Shown piece after piece: positions 17,912 through 24,824 of a stretch of DNA of 25,848 bases (positions within the stretch are counted from its first letter, which is position 1; each line of letters opens with the position of its first letter). Below the pieces are notes generated by a model. The model had not been told where the DNA came from. It saw nothing but the letters and a program-made list of their open reading frames with translations, and did not search any database. This DNA comes from PVC group bacterium (GTDB lineage Bacteria; Auribacterota; Erginobacteria; Erginobacterales; Erginobacteraceae). The stretch lies in the NCBI GenBank assembly GCA_043804695.1, contig JAZDIV010000090.1, forward strand, positions 1 to 25,848. Reading direction: 5' to 3'. A program made the position numbers and the translations under genes.

Positions 17912-18147
17912 GATTTCCCGTGTCTACTCGCTTCAACGTCGAGAGCGTCTATCCGGATCTTCAGCCCCAGGGCCTGAATCACATGGAGGAGCTTTCCGAT
18001 CTGACACGTCGGCTTGCCCTTTTCAAGATCGACGATGAAACGCAGACCGGTGCCGCAGGCCATGGCCAGCTCTTTCTGGGTGACCTTCAGTTGCTTACGC
18101 CGGGCACGGATGGTCATGCCCAGTTGCTCTGGATTCAGGATATTCAT
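17908..18147 (-). CDS. hipB: HipB-like XRE/HTH antitoxin
   Basis: LGMTIRARRKQLKVTQKELAMACGTGLRFIVDLEKGKPT; ATGA overlap with hipA; start placed at MNILN (18147). Confidence 0.9.
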   Translation of the reverse strand: MNILNPEQLGMTIRARRKQLKVTQKELAMACGTGLRFIVDLEKGKPTCQIGKLLHVIQALGLKIRIDALDVEASRHGKS

Positions 18148-18148
18148 A

Positions 18149-18262
18149 TTACCGATCGGGAATATTCCATATAATCTACGATAAGTCAAGGCTAATATTT
18201 ACCGTTCGGTAACAAAAAGCCTGTACTCAGCCCCGATAGCTGCTATCGTTCCCGAGCGGTAA
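18149..18262. promoter_or_regulatory. Three palindromic operators (TTMCCG-N2-CGGKAA) and the probable hipBA promoter
   Basis: TTACCGATCGGGAA 18149, TTACCGTTCGGTAA 18199, TTCCCGAGCGGTAA 18249; minus-strand TTGACT (18189-18184)-17 bp-AATATT overlapping the first operator. Confidence 0.75.
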
Positions 18263-18286
18263 CATTTCGTAGGTGGAATGTGCAAG

Positions 18287-18361
18287 AATTCCAGGGACAC
18301 AACCCATATCGTTAAAATTTAGTTTGGGTTCCGACCCTGTTCCCTTTGTGTCACCGGAATT
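18287..18361. mobile_element. 75-bp MITE-like element
   Basis: Terminal inverted repeats AATTCCAGGGACACAA / TTGTGTCACCGGAATT (14/16); internal GGGTTCCGACCCTGTT motif shared with the repeats at ~19500 and ~23312. Confidence 0.55.
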
Positions 18362-18368
18362 ATTTGCG

Positions 18369-18401
18369 TCACCACCCCGATTGAATCAATCGGGGTGGTG
18401 A
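18369..18401. repeat. Perfect palindrome TCACCACCCCGATTGA-A-TCAATCGGGGTGGTGA
   Basis: 16-bp arms with a 1-nt centre; related copies at 21365-21391 and 24193-24215. Confidence 0.9.
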
Positions 18402-18509
18402 TCCTCGACCTATACTCTTTGTTTGCTCTCCTTTTCTCAGCCCCGGAATGTTACGGGGCAAACCAGAACAATCGTCACTTTTTGATTCAACCGGGAACAA
18501 CCAAGTGTG

Positions 18510-18572
18510 GATTACAATTTTCCCGCGATGGGAGGTTCGCGTCTATTGACACCCGGAGGGCTTTATAAGGGT
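18510..18572. repeat. Gene-end motif, copy 1 (GATTACAATT...GGGAGGTT...TTGAC.CCCGGAGG....TAAGGGT)
   Basis: Aligns with 21663-21735 and, in its right part, with 23357-23383. Confidence 0.75.
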
Positions 18573-19102
18573 TGAGCTTTCTGCTGTATGAATGCTTCCC
18601 TATCGCTGGTGGCAACAACTATTATTAAAACGAGGTTTACAACAACGCTAAAAAGACCCCCAAAAACAAGTACCATGCCTAAGGAGGCTGTCTGTGTCAG
18701 GGCTCCCACTAAGCCTTTAACCAGGGTAAGGAATATGGATACTCCGGCAGCATAATAGAACATTGAGATTGCAGAAGGCTTGACTTGAAGAAGTCTAATC
18801 GAAGCAAATAAGTAAAACCCGGAGACAAGCAATGAAAGGACGCCGGCAATCACACACCATGTACCATACCAATGAGGAACATTCCACATTTTCTCAAATA
18901 TCTTGAACATTTCTTTCGGTCGCGCCTGATGACCGGCATTTCCTTCACTTTTCTCGAATGATTCTTTCATATCTGAGAACATTTCTTTCTGAATTTCCAT
19001 TATCTTGGGGAAGATCATGAGTTGACCTCCCCCGATAATGCCGAGGCATCCCAAAATGATGCCCAGTACTCCTACTACCGTTGCCCACGTTGGTCTTTTC
19101 AA
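18563..19102 (-). CDS. Hypothetical membrane protein (4 TM)
   Basis: TTG start at 19102 with GAAGGAG RBS just after the attC R' box GTTAAAT; MKRPTWATVVGVLGII... The ORF-track extension to 19489 is translated repeat DNA. Confidence 0.8.
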   Translation of the reverse strand: MKRPTWATVVGVLGIILGCLGIIGGGQLMIFPKIMEIQKEMFSDMKESFEKSEGNAGHQARPKEMFKIFEKMWNVPHWYGTWCVIAGVLSLLVSGFYLFASIRLLQVKPSAISMFYYAAGVSIFLTLVKGLVGALTQTASLGMVLVFGGLFSVVVNLVLIIVVATSDREAFIQQKAQPL

Positions 19103-19129
19103 TTGTAGTCTCCTTCCCGTATCTAAAAA

Positions 19130-19208
19130 ATTTAACATCGAGTTAAGCAGCCGGATCGGCGGCTCTGTCGCGCGAAGAGCAAAAAAGCTTAGCTCGGACG
19201 GTATGAAC
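19130..19208 (-). mobile_element. Truncated attC site (R'/L' half and loop retained; R'' replaced by REP copies)
   Basis: R' GTTAAAT; the body GGCGGCTCTGTCGCGCGAAG.GC.AAAA.AGCTT is homologous to the attC sites at 22841 and 24073. Confidence 0.75.
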
Positions 19209-19211
19209 AGA

Positions 19212-19268
19212 GTGACACAGACATTCCTGTCTGTGCAGCAAGAGTGACACAGACATTCCTGTCTGTGC
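19212..19268 (+). repeat. Tandem REP-like hairpins, pair 2
   Basis: GTGACACAGACATTCCTGTCTGTGC at 19212-19236 and 19244-19268. Confidence 0.85.
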
Positions 19269-19418
19269 GCCCCCCGCTCCCTCAGGGATGGGTTAGGGGG
19301 GAGGGAGGTAGTTAGTTTCCAGTCATGTCTCCACCCCGGCAAGCCCCGATAAATCGGGGCAGAGCGGGGGTGGTGGACTTTATTTTTCTCCCTCCTTTTC
19401 TCCACCCCGGAATCTGGC

Positions 19419-19521
19419 AAATCAATAAGCTGTACGGTACGATGGCATGTATCGCGCGGTGCGTTAAGATACAGTGTAGCTGCCTTCAAACTTATTATTT
19501 GGTGTCCGACCCTGTTTTCTC
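19419..19521. repeat. ~105-bp dispersed block, copy 1
   Basis: About 80% identical by manual alignment to 23227-23333, including an identical TGCGTTAAGATACAGTGT and GACCCTGTTTTCTC. Confidence 0.85.
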
Positions 19522-21300
19522 GTCGGCTCCAGCCGTCTTGTCACCAATGTTTTGCTCTGCTCCAGGAACCAATGCATAGGCTTGAATTGTGTCTTGATAC
19601 ATGGTTACCAAGTATCCTTTTCCGCCGGGTCCGCTCGCTACCGCGAAGGCTTTAAGCGTATCTTTTATAGGCAAGGAGGCCAACTTCACGCCCGTTGGCG
19701 AGGCTATTACCAGGTCGCCTGTATTCTCACGAAAAATCCAGTCCTTGAGGTTATCCCCATCCATGTCTCCACAGGCAAAGGTTGTGCCTCGCCATGCACC
19801 AGGATCTTTTATTCCCGCAGTTGACCACGACACTTCCCCTTGAGGATTGAATCCCACAATGTTCCCCTCTCCAAGAGCAATGACCTGAACAGTGCCCACA
19901 TTGTCAACCACTGAAGCTGTCATTTGGGCATAGTACTTGTCAAGGGGCCTCAGCACATGAAGCTGGTGTCCCTCTCGGTCATAAACGCGGATCGTCCCTC
20001 CTGCTTCGGTGGCAAGAACCAGACAGTCATTTGGCTCTTCTGGTGAAACAATGGCTTGGTTCCATACGTTTCCGATATCCTTGACTTTCCATCGGACTTC
20101 CCCGTTGGCAGATACAGCGTGGAGACCACCGCCTCCGTTCATTCCTACGATGAGCTCATCAGTGCCATCACGATCCAGATCTCCCCAGTGTGCGCCATCA
20201 ACCCCGGGTGTCGTTGGGTATTCCCAGATCATGTTGCCCTGGGTGTCAAGTACTGTAACTTGTTTCCCCCAATTAGAGTATCCCAGGAGTCTGGCGCCTT
20301 GTGTTGCGTGATGGCCAATTTCTATTTGAGAAAATGTTGTAGGCAGGGAAATACTGGCCTTGATGCGGCCCTTTAGACTGATGACATGCATTTGCTTGTC
20401 GCGGTCAATTACCAGAATATCATCTACCCCATCGCCATCCCAGTCCCCCGCACAGATGCTGCGACAACCTGCCATGTCCAGGTCCCATTGAAGTGCCAAC
20501 TGATTTGCCACTCCGGTCTCCTGCAAATTGGACTTCACAATGGGAGGCTGTTCCTTGGGTTCCCCCTGATAGTCTTCGGCCAGAGCGGCTGTTCTGATTG
20601 TCTCATAATCGTGATAGCCCACGAAAACGTTCTGAATCACTCCGTTTCTATCGATGAAGAAGGTTGTAGGTATTGATCGAACATCCCCGTAGGGGGATGG
20701 CAAATCATCGCTGGAAGCGATGGGGTAGTTGATGCCTTTCTTCTTAACGAACTTCTCGATAACTTCCTTGTTTTCCGAACTTATGCCGATAATAACGAGA
20801 TCATCTCGCGAGGTATCGCTTGCCAATTTGATAAAGTGGGGTATCTCCTTGACGCAGGGAGGACACCAGGTAGCCCAAAAATCGAGGACTACGCGCTTGC
20901 CTCGCAGATCTTTTAATCGGATTTCCTTACCATCCAGCCCCTGCATAGTAAAATCGGGGGCTATGACACCTTGCCAAACTTCGGCTGATGGGCCTTCTTT
21001 CTTCATGCCATCGTATGCGGCACGAAAGCGCTTGTATCCTTGGTAGTACAAATATCCTAAACAGATGGAGGCCAACAGTCCCACGACAGATAAACTGATT
21101 CCCCATATTGCTAATTTTTTGAATATCTTCCTTCTCTTCAGGTGAACCACGCCCAAAACAGCGCCAATGAGTGCAAGTATCCCGCCAACCAGAAACAGGC
21201 TGAAGGCAATGGAGATTATTCCCAGTATTAAGCTGGCGACAGGCAGCCCGATGTGGAGTGATTCTCCCGTTTGTACAGGAACATCCGAATTATTTTTCAT
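19495..21300 (-). CDS. Membrane-anchored TlpA-like thioredoxin fused to an FG-GAP/beta-propeller domain
   Basis: N-terminal TM helices (DUF4190-like); APDF...FWATWCPPCVKEIP...IPTTFFID; then GDWDGDGVDDIL, GDLDRDGTDELI and GDMDGDNLKDWI repeats. Confidence 0.85.
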   Translation of the reverse strand: MKNNSDVPVQTGESLHIGLPVASLILGIISIAFSLFLVGGILALIGAVLGVVHLKRRKIFKKLAIWGISLSVVGLLASICLGYLYYQGYKRFRAAYDGMKKEGPSAEVWQGVIAPDFTMQGLDGKEIRLKDLRGKRVVLDFWATWCPPCVKEIPHFIKLASDTSRDDLVIIGISSENKEVIEKFVKKKGINYPIASSDDLPSPYGDVRSIPTTFFIDRNGVIQNVFVGYHDYETIRTAALAEDYQGEPKEQPPIVKSNLQETGVANQLALQWDLDMAGCRSICAGDWDGDGVDDILVIDRDKQMHVISLKGRIKASISLPTTFSQIEIGHHATQGARLLGYSNWGKQVTVLDTQGNMIWEYPTTPGVDGAHWGDLDRDGTDELIVGMNGGGGLHAVSANGEVRWKVKDIGNVWNQAIVSPEEPNDCLVLATEAGGTIRVYDREGHQLHVLRPLDKYYAQMTASVVDNVGTVQVIALGEGNIVGFNPQGEVSWSTAGIKDPGAWRGTTFACGDMDGDNLKDWIFRENTGDLVIASPTGVKLASLPIKDTLKAFAVASGPGGKGYLVTMYQDTIQAYALVPGAEQNIGDKTAGADEKTGSDTK

Positions 21301-21440
21301 GCGTTATCCTTTCCGTCCAAAATTAGTTGAATTTAGTATTGTGTTGCCGGAATTATTTGCGCCCCCACCCCGATTGATTCAATCGGGGTGGTGATCCTTT
21401 TCTCCACCTCGGAATTATTTGAATTAAGTATTACTACCTA

Positions 21441-21575
21441 GGCCACAATTCAGTTTGCATTAGGGTAATAGAATAAAAATATGAGATAATCAACCTAATT
21501 GCCTCTACCACATTGGCTTAAGACATTCTAAAGCGGGAATGTAGAATCTTGCCAAGTGCAAACTGAAATACGGCC
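21441..21575. mobile_element. 135-bp MITE-like element with 24-bp imperfect terminal inverted repeats
   Basis: GGCCACAATTCAGTTTGCATTAGG vs the reverse complement of CCAAGTGCAAACTGAAATACGGCC (19/24); AT-rich non-coding interior; no clear target duplication. Confidence 0.55.
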
Positions 21576-21662
21576 AGATTAGTATGTCCCCGGAATTCCG
21601 GCTCTTTTATTAGACAATCCGTGGCAATTATTCCTTGGCTGAAACATAAATAAAAAAGCGTA

Positions 21663-21735
21663 GATTACAATTATTCTGCGGCGGGAGGTTTGTGCCTATT
21701 TCCCCCTGTTGACGCCCGGAGGCCTTGTTAAGGGT
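21663..21735. repeat. Gene-end motif, copy 2
   Basis: Aligns with 18510-18572 with a 10-bp indel. Confidence 0.75.
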
Positions 21736-21760
21736 AAGGATTTGTCTATAACCAAATCCT

Positions 21761-22147
21761 TCACTTCTGACCATAAAATCGAGAAACTTCGCGGAGCAAA
21801 TCCCTCCTGGCTACGATTCCCACCACTTTTTTCCCCTCCACAATCGGAATGCGCCGGAAGTTATGTTCACTCAAGCTGATGCAAAGCTTTTCATAGGGTG
21901 TGTCAGGCGGGAAGCATATCACCTCTTTGGTCATGGCCTCTTTTACTACAGTCTGAGGCAGGCTGCCGCTGAGAATGAAATTTAACATATCCTTCTCGGT
22001 AATAATTCCCACCATCTCATTCTCTTGGTTAACCACCGGCAGACCGCTGATCTTATTTTGGATCAACTTGAATAAAGCCTCTCGCAAAGGTGCTTCTGCT
22101 TGGATGGTAACAACTTCCCGAGTCATAATATCTGCTGCCGTAACCAT
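21761..22147 (-). CDS. Stand-alone CBS-pair protein
   Basis: AADIMTREVVTI, ISGLPVV...VGIITEKD, VKEAMTKEV, RRIPIVEGKKVVGIVARRD; AGGAGG RBS before Met 22147. Confidence 0.92.
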   Translation of the reverse strand: MVTAADIMTREVVTIQAEAPLREALFKLIQNKISGLPVVNQENEMVGIITEKDMLNFILSGSLPQTVVKEAMTKEVICFPPDTPYEKLCISLSEHNFRRIPIVEGKKVVGIVARRDLLREVSRFYGQK

Positions 22148-22185
22148 CTCAACCTCCTTGGATTGAATTACTTCTATCAATGGAA

Positions 22186-22253
22186 TACTAACGCTTGGGA
22201 TAACTTGTAAAATCGCGCAGCTATTTTTTGTCAGGTTGATCCCGTTGTCCGGC
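22186..22253 (-). mobile_element. attC site (68 bp), R'' degenerate
   Basis: Minus strand: R'' GCCGGAC-AACGG-L'' GATCAACC ... L' AGTTATC-CCAAGC-R' GTTAGTA; GGGAT(C)AAC pairs with GTTATCCC, leaving one extra base. Confidence 0.7.
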
Positions 22254-22820
22254 TTTGGTATCTCCCGCAACCTTCCGCAGGATCATCGGTTCCCTGTACT
22301 CAAATAACTTCAGGTTATCAGGATCAATGATGAACTCAAGAAGCTTCTCGGGCGCGGTCGTTATCGTTATGTCGGTACTGTACTGCTGCTGCTTAATTAC
22401 CCCATCGAGTTGCTTTTTCTCGATCGCTTCCTCAAATACGTCCTCATTGGGTAACCAGAGAATCAGGTCACCTTGCTCCGAGAACTTGTACGCGAGGAAT
22501 AGGTAATCATCCATCCATTTGCCGTCTTCTTGAAATCGAACGGACAAAAAGTTGTGCTTGTCTCCCTCTGTCACAATCATCTCGCCCTGGACAATGTGGA
22601 ATTGATTGTTCTCCCATTCCAATCCTGCAATCTGAGCAATACCATTGCTGCCGAATTGTACATGGACTACGGTATCATCCACAAGCCAGACGCCTTCAAA
22701 CTTCTCTTGGTCAATCGGCTTCGGGTTGTTGGATAGAGGATGCTTGGTTGTCACGCTTGAGCAACCCGAAGTAAGTAACATGGCGGAGATTGACAATAGC
22801 ACGATTGAAAATTGTCTCAT
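22221..22820 (-). CDS. Hypothetical lipoprotein
   Basis: MRQFSIVLLSISAMLLTSGC lipobox; starts 20 bp after an attC R' box and ends inside the next attC. Confidence 0.8.
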   Translation of the reverse strand: MRQFSIVLLSISAMLLTSGCSSVTTKHPLSNNPKPIDQEKFEGVWLVDDTVVHVQFGSNGIAQIAGLEWENNQFHIVQGEMIVTEGDKHNFLSVRFQEDGKWMDDYLFLAYKFSEQGDLILWLPNEDVFEEAIEKKQLDGVIKQQQYSTDITITTAPEKLLEFIIDPDNLKLFEYREPMILRKVAGDTKAGQRDQPDKK

Positions 22821-22840
22821 TCTGTTCCCTTTTTCTTGAA

Positions 22841-22933
22841 GTGTAACATCGAGTTGAGCGCGGCGCCCCGGCGGCTCTGTCGAGCGAGGCGCGTAAAAAG
22901 CTTTGCCTGGTTTGTTCGAATAATAGATCCCTG
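22841..22933 (-). mobile_element. Degenerate attC site (93 bp)
   Basis: R' GTTACAC and L' GCTCAAC intact; full-length homology to 24073-24164; L'' and R'' mutated. Confidence 0.75.
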
Positions 22934-23036
22934 CCGCCTCGCGCGGCAGGTGAATCAATTCATCAGCTACAATCGTTGCCCCCACCCGCAAAGACCCCTG
23001 CCGGTTTATCCGGCAGGTGAATGAGTTCATTTGCTA
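22929..23036. repeat. Two 41-bp direct repeats containing a CCTGCCG-N7-CGGCAGG hairpin
   Basis: 22929-22969 and 22996-23036: CCCTGCCG..CGGCAGGTGAAT.A.TTCAT..GCTA. Confidence 0.8.
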
Positions 23037-23148
23037 TATCTGTTTTCCAAACCCCCCAGATGAAGAAGGGGAACCGGTGATTAGCTTATGAACTTTCTCC
23101 CCTTCCACACAAGGTGGCAGGGGCCGGTTGTGTTGGTTTAATTCCCAT

Positions 23149-23333
23149 GTAGCTATTGAACTTATATTCCGGTGGGACAAGCCCACCGGGGATAATTTGA
23201 ATTTAGTATTGTGTCCCCGAATTATTAAATCAATGAGCTGTGCGGCGCAGTGGCATGTGCCGCGCGGCGATGCGTTAAGATACAGTGTGTCTATCTTCAA
23301 ACTTAGTATTTAGGGTTTTGACCCTGTTTTCTC
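23149..23333. repeat. Adjacent second copies of the ~80-bp block (23149-23225) and the ~105-bp block (23227-23333)
   Basis: Homologous to 15908-15990 and 19419-19521 respectively. Confidence 0.82.
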
Positions 23334-23353
23334 CTCTGTGGGCCTTTTTATCC

Positions 23354-24022
23354 TTATTGATACCCGGAGGCTTTAATAAGCGTTCGGCGCGACTGCCCCA
23401 TCCGGCGCAGATCGGCGACAGCCTCCCTTGAAAGGAATTGAACGTCGCCTCCGGCCCCGAGGATAATCTTGCATGCCAGTTCGAAATACGTCGCTTTCTC
23501 TATCACCCCATCAAAGTCCCTTCCCACCGTGACCTGTCCATGATTGCGCAGGTTCGCCAAGTCATGCTCCCTGATTGCCGCGGTGACCGCTTCAGCAAGT
23601 TCGGGGGACCCGGGGCGCAGGTATGGTACCAACGCGACCGGTCCAACGTAATAGGGTATTTCCGGGATGATAAAGAAGTTTTCAACCTGTGGTTCCCGGC
23701 AAGCGAGGGTTGTGGCGCATGGTGATTGAAAATGCAGGACAACGTTCACGTCCCCGCGTTCACGGAGAATGGCAGTGTGAAATCCGATCTCCTTTGACGG
23801 CTTCTTTCCGTTGAGGGTTGCCCCGTCCGCGATTCTGCAAACGGCGACTTCGTCTATGGAGAGACTGACCATCCACGAGCCCGCGGCCGTGACCAGCATA
23901 CAATCATCATCAACACGCCGGGATAAGTTGCCGCTACCACAAAACACCAGGCCGTATTCAGCAACACGATGAGCTGCGGCAACAAAATCCTCCACCTGTC
24001 CTTTTGGGATGTTGTTCATCAC
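23354..24022 (-). CDS. fucA: Class II aldolase, L-fuculose-1-phosphate aldolase-like (Bacteroides FucA type)
   Basis: SGNLS.R, KPSKEIGFH..ILRER.DVNVVLHFQS, PEIPYYVG, PY.RPGSPELA and NHGQV.VG motifs. The LHFQS variant matches my recollection of Bacteroides FucA; the substrate is not certain. Confidence 0.75.
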   Translation of the reverse strand: MMNNIPKGQVEDFVAAAHRVAEYGLVFCGSGNLSRRVDDDCMLVTAAGSWMVSLSIDEVAVCRIADGATLNGKKPSKEIGFHTAILRERGDVNVVLHFQSPCATTLACREPQVENFFIIPEIPYYVGPVALVPYLRPGSPELAEAVTAAIREHDLANLRNHGQVTVGRDFDGVIEKATYFELACKIILGAGGDVQFLSREAVADLRRMGQSRRTLIKASGYQ

Positions 24023-24072
24023 TGCCTCCCCATCGACTCGGATCCTGTTCTGTTATCTTGAATGATCTAAGA

Positions 24073-24164
24073 GCCTATCATCGAGTTGAGCGTCCGGACC
24101 GGCGGCTCTGTCGCGCGAAGCGCGAAAAGAGCTTTGCCCGGTTCGCTCGAACGATTGGTTCTGA
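24073..24164 (-). mobile_element. attC site (92 bp), R' triplet mutated
   Basis: Minus strand: R'' TCAGAAC-CAATC-L'' GTTCGAGC ... L' GCTCAAC-TCGAT-R' GATAGGC; extra C in L''. Confidence 0.85.
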
Positions 24165-24262
24165 GCCGATTTATCGCCCCGGGTTCGTCACCACCCCGAT
24201 TGAATCAATCGGGGTAGGCGATGACTGAAAACTACAACACCCGCCATGCACACACTCTCCCC

Positions 24263-24805
24263 CTATTCCACTATTTCAACAGGTGGCTCAACGAGATAGG
24301 AACTTTCTTTTTCTAACAAATTACCAAACCTGCGGAATGAACGTATTAAGAGCGAGTAGTATATCACGGAGAAAATTGGAACCAATATCGAGAATAGTAG
24401 GGAATATTTTGGAAGTTGATGTAGATGGTGCTTTAGAATAACATAGATAATTCCAGTTATCATTAAAGTCAGGGGGAGAAAGATCAAATATAATTTCAAT
24501 GTAACGGGTAATACTAAAATGCAGAATCGCTCTATGAAATTATGTCCGTCGATTTTTTCATTTGTCTTGAAACAAAATTTAATCCCGAAATAAGTGATAA
24601 CCATTGAACTGATTGTAAAGAAGGTCTGAATGAGAGAATGGATTCCTGGGGGCCTTTCTCCAAACCGTGGGCTGATAAAAACGGCTGTTGCGGAGAGAGG
24701 AGTAAGAATTACAGCGGGGATGATTATATATTTTGCTTTTTGCCAACGTGTGAGTTTGCCCTCAGCAATCGCTATTTCTAACTTTCGAGAAGAAAAAAGA
24801 ATCAT
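24263..24805 (-). CDS. Hypothetical membrane protein (about 4 TM)
   Basis: 180-aa very AT-rich ORF, AGAGGA RBS, starts 19 bp after an attC R' box. Confidence 0.75.
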   Translation of the reverse strand: MILFSSRKLEIAIAEGKLTRWQKAKYIIIPAVILTPLSATAVFISPRFGERPPGIHSLIQTFFTISSMVITYFGIKFCFKTNEKIDGHNFIERFCILVLPVTLKLYLIFLPLTLMITGIIYVILKHHLHQLPKYSLLFSILVPIFSVIYYSLLIRSFRRFGNLLEKESSYLVEPPVEIVE

Positions 24806-24824
24806 GGTGATATCCTCTCTTTTT

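Noticed and set aside
18546..18572. Sigma70 promoter reading of TTGACA...TATAAG
   Set aside because: The spacing is 12 bp, not 16-18, and the -10-like hexamer is not conserved in the other two copies.
15806..19268. CRISPR array suggested by repeated 25-bp palindromic units
   Set aside because: Only pairs with 6-7 bp between units, no unique ~30-bp spacers, and no cas genes.
23034..23300. 88-aa ORF, and the similar N-terminus MKAATLYLNAP.. of ORF 18563-19489
   Set aside because: The similarity comes from the 105-bp non-coding repeat; the rest translates REP-like DNA.
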